IMG/VR virus record: IMGVR_UViG_3300028888_000117
Length of the DNA stretch: 64,000 bases
Source: an uncultured virus (IMG/VR IMGVR_UViG_3300028888_000117)
Lineage: Duplodnaviria > Heunggongvirae > Uroviricota > Caudoviricetes
Direction: 5' to 3' (one strand)
Below are positions 1 through 10,172 of the stretch, one piece after another; positions within the stretch are counted from its first letter, which is position 1; each line of letters begins with the position of its first letter. The notes beneath the pieces are model-generated. The model was not told the origin of the DNA and did no database searches. It saw only the letters and a program-made list of their open reading frames with translations. Made by a program: the position numbers and the translations under genes.

Positions 1-249
1 CATTATCCAATGCTTGCCTTTTCAGGAGCATGGCGTGGTGAAGATGCTACATATCAACTATTTGGACATGTACATACTTCACCTTATACTGATGAAGGAC
101 TTGACCAAGCACGTATGAAATATTTGTTTACATCTCAATATGATGTAGGCGTTGATAATAATGACTTTACTCCAGTGTCATGGAAAGAAGTTGATAAAAT
201 TATCAATAATCAAATGATGAGTTTAGGAATGTGTCGTAATACTTTATAA
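1..249 (+). CDS. C-terminal part of a calcineurin-like metallophosphoesterase (5'-truncated by window edge)
   Basis: Frame is open from base 1 (HYPMLAF...). Contains LFGHVH and YDVGVD motifs typical of phage phosphoesterases. Confidence 0.75.
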   Translation, partial: HYPMLAFSGAWRGEDATYQLFGHVHTSPYTDEGLDQARMKYLFTSQYDVGVDNNDFTPVSWKEVDKIINNQMMSLGMCRNTL

Positions 250-526
250 TATGACAGAAGAAGATATTAAAGATTGGTTTTTTGAAAGATATGAAAGTGA
301 TACTCCTTCTGAAGAATGGGATATGTTAGATATTTGGGAAGAAGTATGTAGACTTAGGTTAAATAATAGTATAGTAACAGAAATGGCATTATCATGTTTA
401 ATAGAAAATGAAATAATATAATTCTAAAATTATTATGGGACCAGGAGAATTTTTAGCTTATTGTTTTGGATTTGCATTAGTATGCATGGGTTTATCGTTA
501 TTAATAATATCATTTAAGAATTAATT

Positions 527-1117
527 ATGAGAAAATTGATTTATCCAACAGATTGTAAATTTCATGCCGATTGGAAAGAAATAGGATTGGAATCTCCATA
601 TACTTATGAGAATACTGATAAAGATACTATTGATTTTTTAAATAAAGAATGCTATGTAATATATGGTCCACATAGTACAAGATCTTCAAAATATCGTATT
701 TGCAAAGGATTTTTTCATAAGTCATCATTATATGGAATATGTTTTTCCGGTTATGAAGTAGATAAAAATGATAAAAGAATTAGTGTATGTGGTCCTGATT
801 CTTATTTTCCAAGATATGTATGGGGTGATTTTCATGAATTTTTAGGTCTTCCTATTACTTCTCGAAATAAATTAACTGCTTTAACATTCGATAATTACGA
901 AGAAGCAAAACAATGTCTTGATGATTTTTTAAAATTTATGCAAGATAAAAATAAAAAGGCATGGAAGAAATATATTAATTCTCCAGAATTAGTTCAAGAA
1001 TATAATGATAAAATAGATTCTATTATAAGTTGCTTAAATAAAATTTTAGATAAAACTGAAAATATACAAGTAATAAGAGATATTTATAATATTTTGAATA
1101 AATCTAAATTATTATGA
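527..1117 (+). CDS. hypothetical protein
   Basis: 196-aa ORF in a tightly packed + strand run; stop overlaps next start. Confidence 0.7.
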   Translation: MRKLIYPTDCKFHADWKEIGLESPYTYENTDKDTIDFLNKECYVIYGPHSTRSSKYRICKGFFHKSSLYGICFSGYEVDKNDKRISVCGPDSYFPRYVWGDFHEFLGLPITSRNKLTALTFDNYEEAKQCLDDFLKFMQDKNKKAWKKYINSPELVQEYNDKIDSIISCLNKILDKTENIQVIRDIYNILNKSKLL

Positions 1118-1320
1118 TTGAAGATTGGAGACCTGAAACGGATTTATCTCCTGAAAAGATTCATCGTTTAATTGTTAATCATAATTTGAATATAATGAAT
1201 CTTGATAAATTTAAAAGGTGGATAGTTGAAAGATATAAGGCATCTCAAATACATGATGAACCTGATGCAGTAAGTGTTTGGGAAGATGTAATTGATAAAT
1301 TTGAAGAATTATTTAAATGA
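1114..1320 (+). CDS. hypothetical protein
   Basis: 68 aa; ATGA overlaps at both ends. Confidence 0.6.
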   Translation: MIEDWRPETDLSPEKIHRLIVNHNLNIMNLDKFKRWIVERYKASQIHDEPDAVSVWEDVIDKFEELFK

Positions 1321-1697
1321 TTAAACTTATAGAGTATTCTCCAGAACCAAATTATTACAAAGGAGTCATATTAGAAATATGGTGGGACAATGATCCCGTT
1401 ATAGATTATAATGATCCTATATTAGTAGGTTATATTATCGATGAAAATGGAGATATAATTGAGAAAAGGAATTTTATTAAAACACCGGAAAATGCTGCTG
1501 ATTTTGATAAAATAAACTGGAAACTTTCACATGCACGAAACTATTTTATAAATAATAAATGTGCTAAGAAATATGGTTTTTATTCACTTCATAAGATTTG
1601 GACAAATAAGGAAGCATTAATTGAAATGTTTACTAAAAGGAATCAATATCAGAATGAAATATGGAGAGCAGAACTTTGGTCTAAACTAGATGATTAA
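1317..1697 (+). CDS. hypothetical protein
   Basis: 126 aa; overlaps neighbours. Confidence 0.65.
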   Translation: MIKLIEYSPEPNYYKGVILEIWWDNDPVIDYNDPILVGYIIDENGDIIEKRNFIKTPENAADFDKINWKLSHARNYFINNKCAKKYGFYSLHKIWTNKEALIEMFTKRNQYQNEIWRAELWSKLDD

Positions 1698-1998
1698 TAT
1701 TATGAAACTATACGTTGTAAAATATTGTGCAAACGAATTTGATGATTTAGGATATGATTCTCCTTATCCTATATATTATTCATTAGATCATGATGATGCT
1801 TATGGGCATTTTAGAGAGTTCATTAATTTAGATAAAAAGAATTTAACTGAATATTTATATAAGCATCCAGAATTAAAAGATAATGAAGATTATTCTATTG
1901 AAGTAGATAATGATAATGAATTTGAATATAATTTTGGAAAATGGTTTTATAAATATGTTTTTGAAGAAGCTGAATTAGAAAAAGATTTACGACATTGA
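1690..1998 (+). CDS. hypothetical protein
   Basis: 102-aa acidic ORF in operon. Confidence 0.65.
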   Translation: MINIMKLYVVKYCANEFDDLGYDSPYPIYYSLDHDDAYGHFREFINLDKKNLTEYLYKHPELKDNEDYSIEVDNDNEFEYNFGKWFYKYVFEEAELEKDLRH

Positions 1999-2202
1999 TA
2001 ATATGAAATTATTCAAAGGATGGAAATTGAATTTTCCAAATAATAGACATTTATATTTTCAGTTGATGTCACCATTGAATAAAAATGGTGAAGGTACTTG
2101 TTATAATTTTGGTTTAATGAAACGTAATTATAACTTCTCTTGGTTTACAAAGAAAAATTTTTATATGTATACAAAATTTAGTTATGATATAAATTCACCT
2201 AG

Positions 2203-2499
2203 TTGTTAATTATGAAGACTGAAACAAGAACAAAAATAATCGAACAAAAATATAATGTTTATATAGCTAAAGATGGTAAAGAATTTAATTCTGAAGATGA
2301 ATGTAAACATTATGAAATGATACTTGATGGCAAATGTATAATATGTCCTGAATGCCATGGTGAAGGAAAAATTGCTGTAATAGAGGAATACGATAATTAT
2401 CATACTGGTGCTCCAGAAAGAACAACAATATATCCAACATGTCCAAAATGTAATGGCAAAGGATTTTTAGAAAAGAAAATTAAAGAGGTTTGGGAATGA
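2203..2499 (+). CDS. small protein with DnaJ-type zinc-finger repeats
   Basis: CPECHGEG and CPKCNGKG (CxxCxGxG). True start is probably the ATG at 2212. Confidence 0.7.
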   Translation: MLIMKTETRTKIIEQKYNVYIAKDGKEFNSEDECKHYEMILDGKCIICPECHGEGKIAVIEEYDNYHTGAPERTTIYPTCPKCNGKGFLEKKIKEVWE

Positions 2500-2750
2500 G
2501 AAATAAATCAATAAATGAACTTAATTATGTTGAATTAAGGAATGGTAATGTAATATGTCTTGAAGATATTATTGATATGAATATATTTGGGGGACATAGT
2601 TATACAGATTATGTTTTAGATGTAGCTGGTGAATCTTATAAAATATCTTATGACGAATATAGTAAGATTAAAAATTTATTACAAAAAAATGCAAATAGCT
2701 ATATAATATTATAAGTATAATAGAGTTGAAATACATTTAAAAGAAAGAAA

Positions 2751-3026
2751 ATGATATTAAAAATTAATTATAAGACAAATAACCAAACGATTGTTATATT
2801 AAGTTCAGATACACTTAATGGTATATATTGGAATGCTGTTTATGATGCAAAAGCATTTTATGATCGTTATTATAAATCTGGTGAATCTGACAGTACAAGA
2901 CGTATTCATGAAGATATAATTGATACATATCTTAATACTGTTGCAGGTGTTCCATATACAAAGAAAGATCTTTTAGATAATACCAAATTGGATATTATTA
3001 ATCCAATAGTACATATTGAATTATGA
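2751..3026 (+). CDS. hypothetical protein
   Basis: 91 aa; ATGA overlap with the exonuclease gene. Confidence 0.6.
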   Translation: MILKINYKTNNQTIVILSSDTLNGIYWNAVYDAKAFYDRYYKSGESDSTRRIHEDIIDTYLNTVAGVPYTKKDLLDNTKLDIINPIVHIEL

Positions 3027-3601
3027 AAATATTTTTTGATACAGAATTTACTGGATTGCATAAAAATACAACATTGATATCAATTGGTTTAGTTGATGAA
3101 AATAATCGTTCATTTTATGCAGAATTTACTGATTATGATAAATCACAAGTTGATGATTGGATTCAGAAAAATGTAATCAATAATCTAATGTCTAATAATT
3201 TTTATATTAAAGGTGAATCAAATACAACATCAATATTTGGAGATCAAACATTATCAAAAGGAACTAAAAAATATATAAAAGATCAATTGGAAGAATGGTT
3301 GCTTCCTTATGATAAAGTAGAATTAGTTTCAGATGTATGTCATTATGATATGGTATTATTTATTGATATTTTTGGAACTGCTTGGGATTTACCACGATGC
3401 ATTAATCCAGCATGCCACGACATTAATCAAGATATTGCAAGATATTATGAATTAACTGAAATAGAAGCATTTGATTATTCAAGAGAACAGATATTAGATA
3501 ATTGCGATATCAAAATAGAAGGATATAAACATAATTCATTATATGATGCTAAAGTAATTAAAGAAATATATAACATAATTAAATCACACGGATTAATATG
3601 A
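3023..3601 (+). CDS. DEDDh 3'-5' exo(ribo)nuclease (Rv2179c/DUF5051-like)
   Basis: FFDTEFTG, LISIGLV, YD and HNSLYDA motifs. Confidence 0.8.
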   Translation: MKIFFDTEFTGLHKNTTLISIGLVDENNRSFYAEFTDYDKSQVDDWIQKNVINNLMSNNFYIKGESNTTSIFGDQTLSKGTKKYIKDQLEEWLLPYDKVELVSDVCHYDMVLFIDIFGTAWDLPRCINPACHDINQDIARYYELTEIEAFDYSREQILDNCDIKIEGYKHNSLYDAKVIKEIYNIIKSHGLI

Positions 3602-3731
3602 ATTACAAAAATATAATATTTGTATGTAGTGGTTTGGCTGCAGGTTTATTGGTTAGTTTATCAATAAAAAATCTTTATGATAAATTAACAAAATTGAATT
3701 TTGGAAATATAATTGATTATGAAAATTAATA

Positions 3732-3761
3732 AAATGGGTAGATAATATTATCTACCCATTT
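3732..3761. terminator. bidirectional intrinsic terminator
   Basis: AAATGGGTAGAT/ATCTACCCATTT hairpin between convergent genes. Confidence 0.75.
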
Positions 3762-3763
3762 GT

Positions 3764-5590
3764 TTATTTAATATTAAATTTAGAATCCGCTAATATATAA
3801 TTTAATTGTGTTGGATATTGCTTTGCTAAATTTTTCATCTCTGCAGAATCTTCATTTGTAACAAATTCTATCATACCATTTATGTTCTTAATGAATTTTG
3901 CAGTTTGTTGTTTATCAATACTAAATCCTGCATCAGTAATTATAATATTGATTAAATAATTATAAGTATTATCTTTAATGTATTCAAGAATTTTTTCAAA
4001 ATTCATTGTTCCACCACCTGCATTCTTTTCTTTACCATAAGGTACTTCAAACATTTGAGTATCGAAAGCATGCATCTTAAATGTTACTTCATCAACAACA
4101 GATTCTGATTTGAATTTTTTCTTTAATCCTTCAGCAATAGCATATGAAGCTTTCCAAACATCTTTAATACAACTACCCATAGAACCAGATATATCAATAT
4201 AGAATGCAACATTAATTGTTAATTTATTTTCTCTTATTTTTCTACCTGGTTTAATTGGCTTACCATATTCAACAAATCCTGAGCCACGTTTAGTTCTTGA
4301 ATATGTAGATTTATATTCACGTTTCTTTTGGAATACTTTCTTTTTAACAAACGCATTACAAGATGCATTTAATTGTTGATTCCAACCTGACATACCATTA
4401 TTAACTCCAGTAGATAAACCAGACTTTTTAAGTTCTACAGATTTCTTACATTTACTAATGAATGTTCCAAAATCTCCAGATAATTTATTTTTATAATTTT
4501 CAATTATCTCTTGAGCACGTTCTTTAATATCTTTTAAATCAGCTTCAGTTTCTTCGTGATCTGCAGTACCGTCACCTTGACCTTTGCCTTCTCCAGAATT
4601 CTTTTCTCCATTTGCTTCATTTGCTGCATTCTTAGCTTTATCAGCAGCATCTTGAGCTTCCTTAGCAGCTTTTTCTTCACCTTCTTTATCTCCTTTATCT
4701 TTTGCTTCTTTAGCTTTATCAGCAGCATCTTGAGCTTCCTTAGCAGCTTTCTTTGCTTCATCAGCTGCCTTTTGTTTTTTATCTGCATCTTTATCACCTG
4801 CTTTTATAGCTTTATCAGCAGCATCTTGAGCTTCCTTAGCAGCTTTCTTTGCTTCATCAGCAGATTTTTGAGCATCATCGGCTGTTTTATTTTCCTTTTT
4901 TTGCTGATTACCAGAACTATTTCCTTTACTTGATTTACTATCTGAACCTTGTCCTGAACTTTGCCCTTGGCTTTGTCCTTCATCGGGTTCATCCTGATAT
5001 TTTTTATCCTTTTGAATCTTTTCAAGCTCGGGAAGTAATTTAAGATATAAAGTGTATTGCGTATCTACTTTACGATCATATTCTACTTTAAATTTTTCTT
5101 TTATATATTCTGGTGTTATTAAATTTTCAGGTCTTTCTTTCTTACGATAATAATAAAGATAATCATTAATGACACAGTCAGACGCCCAGTTCAATAATTT
5201 ATGATTATACTTTTCTTCGCCAAGTTCCTCTTTAATTTTTTCTGCAACACCAAAAGTATCCCAAAGTTGGTGTAAGCATTCATGGTCAAATATAAAATCC
5301 CATTTACGAACACTTTTACCAATTGGGTTGCCACCACCACTTGGACAATTCAAATATATTAAATGTTCTGGAGTTGTATATGCAGTAGCATCATCATCAG
5401 GATCTAAGAATCTTACAAATTCAAGCATATCGTAAAAGAACTTATCATCCTTTTCATCAGAAGTATCATTGATATATTCCAATGCCTTAACTCTGAATTC
5501 TGTTTCATTATCCTTTTCAGATGCTTTAATAAGACTATTTTTAACGAATTCAAATTCGTCACTATTTATTAATGAACTTTTAATTTCCAT
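3764..5590 (-). CDS. metallopeptidase-like (HExxH) / VWA-like domain protein (DUF2201-type), MoxR partner
   Basis: N-terminal HECLH plus NWASDCVIN; Ala/Lys/Asp-rich repeat linker; C-terminal MIDAS DISGS...GGT...ITD. Confidence 0.8.
   Translation of the reverse strand: MEIKSSLINSDEFEFVKNSLIKASEKDNETEFRVKALEYINDTSDEKDDKFFYDMLEFVRFLDPDDDATAYTTPEHLIYLNCPSGGGNPIGKSVRKWDFIFDHECLHQLWDTFGVAEKIKEELGEEKYNHKLLNWASDCVINDYLYYYRKKERPENLITPEYIKEKFKVEYDRKVDTQYTLYLKLLPELEKIQKDKKYQDEPDEGQSQGQSSGQGSDSKSSKGNSSGNQQKKENKTADDAQKSADEAKKAAKEAQDAADKAIKAGDKDADKKQKAADEAKKAAKEAQDAADKAKEAKDKGDKEGEEKAAKEAQDAADKAKNAANEANGEKNSGEGKGQGDGTADHEETEADLKDIKERAQEIIENYKNKLSGDFGTFISKCKKSVELKKSGLSTGVNNGMSGWNQQLNASCNAFVKKKVFQKKREYKSTYSRTKRGSGFVEYGKPIKPGRKIRENKLTINVAFYIDISGSMGSCIKDVWKASYAIAEGLKKKFKSESVVDEVTFKMHAFDTQMFEVPYGKEKNAGGGTMNFEKILEYIKDNTYNYLINIIITDAGFSIDKQQTAKFIKNINGMIEFVTNEDSAEMKNLAKQYPTQLNYILADSKFNIK
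4635..4846. repeat. three ~39-bp intragenic repeats encoding KAAKEAQDAADKA
   Basis: AGCTTTATCAGCAGCATCTTGAGCTTCCTTAGCAGCTTT at about 4635, 4712 and 4808. Confidence 0.9.
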
Positions 5591-5891
5591 GATGTTTGAA
5601 TTCTCCGTAATATGATTTTAAATTTTTTATTGGTTTTGTAATAGTTCTATATGATACTGCTCCATGCTTATATATCTGAGAATTCTCATCTTTTATAACA
5701 AAATTCATTCCTTTCTTAACAGCATCATTATATGCATTAGTAAAATTAAAATCTGTATAATATGATGTCTTACCAGTTGAATCAATATATTCAACTGGAA
5801 CTAATTGAGGATATACACAAAACTGATAAAATTCTTCATCAGAATTAAAATACATCGTATTATCATTCTTATTTGATATCTTCTTAAACAT
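5580..5891 (-). CDS. hypothetical protein
   Basis: 103 aa between the AAA and VWA genes; overlaps the VWA gene start. Confidence 0.65.
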   Translation of the reverse strand: MFKKISNKNDNTMYFNSDEEFYQFCVYPQLVPVEYIDSTGKTSYYTDFNFTNAYNDAVKKGMNFVIKDENSQIYKHGAVSYRTITKPIKNLKSYYGEFKHHGN

Positions 5892-5976
5892 AACAATTTA
5901 AGTTATTTTTTAGTTTTTTCTTTCCATTCAGATGGATCTTTGGCTTCTAATTTTCCTTTTATATATTATTCATAAC

Positions 5977-7239
5977 TTAGTCTTCTTCAGGATCTTTATA
6001 TCCTTTCTTTTTCCATTCTTCGTTTTTCTTAAACTTAAATTCTATACCATCATTCTTAAATTTACTAATGATTCTGTTAAGCATTTCCCCATTACATTCA
6101 TCTTGATCTACAATTGCTGAAATATTTTCTTCAGATATACCATACTTAACGCCTTCCTGTTCAATATATCCAAATTTCATACCTTGTTTAATAGCAGTCT
6201 TAATATTTTCATCAACCATATTCATATCTTTACGTGAACTTCTTCCAACTGATTTCTTTTCTTCTTTATCTCCTTTATTATTCATAAATCCAAATATATC
6301 ATCAGCAAGTTCCTTAACATTCTTTTCTTGAGTTCTAGTTAAATCTTCTTTAACCAATCCTTCAAGACGGTCTAAATAGTCTTCTGCATCAAATTCATCA
6401 TAATCACCATCTTGTTTAAGTTCATATAAGAATTTAAGTACTTTATGTTCTAATTCACGAGGGTTATTAAATAATTCTGCATTTTCTTCAAATTTATCTA
6501 CTAAATCTTTACTTAACTTTTCATCCCAATTCTTATGTAAATATTTGAATGCATCTCTCCATGAATCACCTCCAGTTTCCCAAACAATAATTGGTTTGAA
6601 ACGTGACTTAAGAGGAACTGACATTTCACTTACTGCATCATTTTCAGATTCGTAGTTACCAGCAGCACCTACAATAAAATTCTTAAACTTATGTCCACAT
6701 ATTACATGTTCAAGTACAATAGGCATAAGAGCATTTTGAATACCTGGATCTGCTTGATTCATTTCATCAAAGAACAATAAGAATTGCTTGTCAGGATTTT
6801 CCATCATAACCTTTGCCCATGTTGGCATAGCTTTATCCTGTACAGCAGAACCATCTTTACCTTTAACTGGAACAGGAATACCACCTAAGTCTTCCTTTTC
6901 AGCTTTATCCAAATAAACTGTTACAATAGATCTCTTGAACTTTTTAGCAGTCTGCTTAATAATTGTTGTCTTACCCCATCCTGCTTCACCAAGAATAAAG
7001 AAATCTTCCTTAGCTTTAAACTTCATAAGAAGACGTTTCATATTCTTACTAAGTTCTTTCTTATCAACACCTTCAGAAGCTTCATTATCTACAGGTTCAT
7101 CAATGGCCCAGTCTACATCACAGTCTCCATAAGTATCTGGTTCTTTACCTTGTATTTGCTTAATATCTGGAGTTTTTTCTTCATTTACATTATTTTTTGA
7201 AGAAACATATTCAGTTAAAAAACTACCTAATTTTTTCAT
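5977..7239 (-). CDS. MoxR-like AAA+ ATPase
   Basis: Walker A GEAGWGKT, DLGGIP, Walker B LFFDEMN, AAGN, SRF. Confidence 0.85.
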   Translation of the reverse strand: MKKLGSFLTEYVSSKNNVNEEKTPDIKQIQGKEPDTYGDCDVDWAIDEPVDNEASEGVDKKELSKNMKRLLMKFKAKEDFFILGEAGWGKTTIIKQTAKKFKRSIVTVYLDKAEKEDLGGIPVPVKGKDGSAVQDKAMPTWAKVMMENPDKQFLLFFDEMNQADPGIQNALMPIVLEHVICGHKFKNFIVGAAGNYESENDAVSEMSVPLKSRFKPIIVWETGGDSWRDAFKYLHKNWDEKLSKDLVDKFEENAELFNNPRELEHKVLKFLYELKQDGDYDEFDAEDYLDRLEGLVKEDLTRTQEKNVKELADDIFGFMNNKGDKEEKKSVGRSSRKDMNMVDENIKTAIKQGMKFGYIEQEGVKYGISEENISAIVDQDECNGEMLNRIISKFKNDGIEFKFKKNEEWKKKGYKDPEED

Positions 7240-7260
7240 TTTATTTATATTATTTAAATT

Positions 7261-7767
7261 TTATATATCTTTGTAATATTGAATCCAATTTTCAGGTTCA
7301 TCTTCTACATTCTTAATAAATTCTTCTACTTTATCTAATGCTTTAACAATAGCAGTAGCAAATGATTCAGTTTCAAAATCACAATATGGATCATCATCAT
7401 AGTTTACTGCACCAATTTTACCTACCCATAATTTCCATGTATTTTGTTCTTTATCAAAACCTAATAAGAAATCAATGAATATATTCTTTTTCTTATCTTC
7501 ATGTTTATATTCTATCTTTTGATATTTATTGTTATCTTTTAACCAAGATACCTTCTTTTCAGGTTCTTCCCAGATAACAAATTTAATATTTCCACGTTGT
7601 GTTGATTTCTTTTTGTCTGAATCTTCTGAATCATCTTTATCTTCTGAATCATCTTTATCTTCTAAATTATTTGAGTCTTCTGAATTATCTTCATCTCCAC
7701 TAGTATCCATATCCATGTCTAATTCATCATCTTCAGCTTCAAGAATGTATTGTTTAAATGATTTCAT
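7261..7767 (-). CDS. acidic hypothetical protein, possible capsid-internal protein
   Basis: N-terminus MKSFKQYILE followed by EDKDDS repeats. Confidence 0.65.
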   Translation of the reverse strand: MKSFKQYILEAEDDELDMDMDTSGDEDNSEDSNNLEDKDDSEDKDDSEDSDKKKSTQRGNIKFVIWEEPEKKVSWLKDNNKYQKIEYKHEDKKKNIFIDFLLGFDKEQNTWKLWVGKIGAVNYDDDPYCDFETESFATAIVKALDKVEEFIKNVEDEPENWIQYYKDI

Positions 7768-7999
7768 TTTCTTTTAAACTAAATTGTATTTGGTAGCAAG
7801 GAGTACTGTCTTCTCTAATTGTACCTACTATATTTTTTGCACAATTGTTAAAGAGCTTGCCTGATATATAGTATTTGCAGTTGTTTTTGCAAGTTAATTT
7901 CATAATTTTAAATTAAAGGTATATATTTTTATAATCTTACATTAAGACATAATCTACCTTTTATAAAAATAAAAAAGTTGATAATAAAAATTACCAACT

Positions 8000-8431
8000 T
8001 TATTGAATATCTTCCATTAATTCTTGCATAGAAGATATTTTCTTTCCTTTAAATTTATTTTCTGCAATATCGTTACATAATCTTATTGTTGCATTTAAAG
8101 ATTTCAATTGACCTTTTGAAAATTTATTATCAGGGTCTAATATATAGAAATAAACTTTATTAACAGTTGTTCCATATACAACAGCCTGCCAGCATGAATT
8201 GATTATTTCAGCAATTGAATATACACCTTGCATTTCTGGTGTTATTACATAAAGATGAACATTACATTTATTATTCTTTTCATCTTCTTCAATTGCTTGA
8301 CATTCTGGTGTCCAATCTTTAACAATAGGATTAAAGTATTTTATATTGGCTTCATCCAATAACGGCATTAATTCATCACGCCATGTAGTTTCTGCACATG
8401 TTCCTCCTAAAAACCATTTTTCGTTATCCAT
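8000..8431 (-). CDS. nucleoside 2-deoxyribosyltransferase-like protein
   Basis: FLGGTC..TTWR, YFNP.V.DW and GVYSIAE motifs. Confidence 0.7.
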   Translation of the reverse strand: MDNEKWFLGGTCAETTWRDELMPLLDEANIKYFNPIVKDWTPECQAIEEDEKNNKCNVHLYVITPEMQGVYSIAEIINSCWQAVVYGTTVNKVYFYILDPDNKFSKGQLKSLNATIRLCNDIAENKFKGKKISSMQELMEDIQ

Positions 8432-8711
8432 TCATTAAGTCTCTAATATATTTTTCTGCATCATCATAGTTAATCCAATAACATTGATCATTAAGTGCTT
8501 TATCCATATATCCTTCAGGGTCTACTCTAATACCTGTTGGTTTATATTTAACTCCACTATTTGTAATAATAACTACAACAAATTTATTAACCAAATTATC
8601 CCATCTTATAATTATAGATTCTATTTGATCTTTATTGACAAATGTATATCTATAAAAATCATCCGATAACGTTGGTTGTATAAATTCGCAAAATTCTATA
8701 AAGTTTTTCAT
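8424..8711 (-). CDS. hypothetical protein
   Basis: 95 aa in minus-strand operon. Confidence 0.6.
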   Translation of the reverse strand: MKNFIEFCEFIQPTLSDDFYRYTFVNKDQIESIIIRWDNLVNKFVVVIITNSGVKYKPTGIRVDPEGYMDKALNDQCYWINYDDAEKYIRDLMNG

Positions 8712-8714
8712 ATT

Positions 8715-8897
8715 TTATCCGCATATCATAGATTCACCTGGTGCTAAGTTTTCATTAGCACGTTTACCTCCACATACTGGACAAACCAAAACTGATGGAG
8801 CAACAGCATTACCACATCTTGGGCATACCCATCCTTGTTCTGAATTTAAATCTATAGTTTGTCCGTTATCAATTATCATATCATATTTGTCTTCCAT
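8715..8897 (-). CDS. small zinc-ribbon protein
   Basis: GWVCPRCG...CPVCG. Confidence 0.65.
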   Translation of the reverse strand: MEDKYDMIIDNGQTIDLNSEQGWVCPRCGNAVAPSVLVCPVCGGKRANENLAPGESMICG

Positions 8898-8917
8898 ATA
8901 TTATAAAATAGATATAT

Positions 8918-9355
8918 TTATTTCTTTATATATAATTTTTCAAATTCTTCTGTAGGCCGAACATATTGTGGTTGTTGAACACCATCATAACTATATATGA
9001 CGCCATTACAATCATATCTACCAATTTCTTTTAATTTTACTTTATTATGAACTCTAAAATATGAATCATTTATTGGATCATAATATCTTGGGTGTTCTTC
9101 ATTATATTCATTAATCCATTTTTGAACTAATTTATCATATTCATCTTTTGATATTTCTTCGCCACGCCCATTCATTAATTCATCTAAAGCACCCCATATT
9201 CCATAATTATCTCTAAAATTATAAACAAGATGAGGATCTTTACCACGTTCATCAACTATAGTCAAAAGATCAGAATCATCAATTATTCCATAAAGATAAT
9301 GTTCATATTCTTTAACACCATTATCAAATATATATTTAGACCTTAGAACTTTCAT
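8918..9355 (-). CDS. hypothetical protein
   Basis: 145 aa in operon. Confidence 0.65.
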   Translation of the reverse strand: MKVLRSKYIFDNGVKEYEHYLYGIIDDSDLLTIVDERGKDPHLVYNFRDNYGIWGALDELMNGRGEEISKDEYDKLVQKWINEYNEEHPRYYDPINDSYFRVHNKVKLKEIGRYDCNGVIYSYDGVQQPQYVRPTEEFEKLYIKK

Positions 9356-9530
9356 AATTATTCTTTTTTATGTAATTCATTAAAAACAATTTCAATACCT
9401 TCTTTTATTTTTTCTTCTTGATATTGCATACCTAATTGAACTGCTGTTGCTATTATTGCTTTAAAATTTGGATTTTTTTCTTTACAAGCAACAAGCATAC
9501 CATTCATATATGTTTGTAATACTTTATCTG

Positions 9531-10172
9531 TCATTTCCAATCTTTAATATTTTTACCTAATCTTCTACTAATACTTAAAGTATATTTAATTTCATCTGCT
9601 ATCTTTGTTTTATCTGATAAGAACTTAAAATCTTCTTCATATAAATGTAAAGATCCTACATTCCAATATAAATGACCTGGATATATTTCTTTATCTAATT
9701 CAGTTATAAGTCTATTAACAATTTGTGTAAATATCTTTATTTGCCATAATGAATCCATTGAATATTCACAAACATTATTAGACCTCATATAAACAATATC
9801 GTCTAATCGTTTATTATCTTTGTTATATATGAACTGCATTCCTATTGTACATATCTTATCACCATTATGATATTTATCTGGGCATAACATTCCAATATAT
9901 GCTTGTCTTGTATCAGGATCTTCTTTAATTGATTCTACAACTTTATCAATTTGATCTCCTAATAATGGCTCATAATTATCAACATACCATTGTTCATCAG
10001 TAACATGGTGATCATGATAAACAATATATCCTGTTACGGAATCAAAATGAGCATTAACTATTTCAATAAATTTTTGATTAGTTCGTTTATCAAATTTGAA
10101 TTCTTTATTTTGATATTTACGTCTTAATTCCTTTTTAATATCTTCTTCAGTTAGTGTTTTCATTATTTTCAA
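9531..10172 (-). CDS. thymidylate synthase-fold enzyme, dCMP hydroxymethylase-like
   Basis: DTRQA, catalytic ICT, YMRSNN...SMD and GSLHLYE motifs. Confidence 0.75.
   Translation of the reverse strand: MKIMKTLTEEDIKKELRRKYQNKEFKFDKRTNQKFIEIVNAHFDSVTGYIVYHDHHVTDEQWYVDNYEPLLGDQIDKVVESIKEDPDTRQAYIGMLCPDKYHNGDKICTIGMQFIYNKDNKRLDDIVYMRSNNVCEYSMDSLWQIKIFTQIVNRLITELDKEIYPGHLYWNVGSLHLYEEDFKFLSDKTKIADEIKYTLSISRRLGKNIKDWK

Noticed and set aside
4534..5043. Alternative-frame ORFs in the VWA gene repeat region
   Set aside because: Shadows of the low-complexity repeat within a 608-aa gene.
3764..5590. TROVE/Ro60 partner for the Yrl-like RNAs (also has a VWA domain)
   Set aside because: The N-terminus is an HExxH peptidase-like domain and it is paired with a MoxR ATPase, not a TROVE helical ring.
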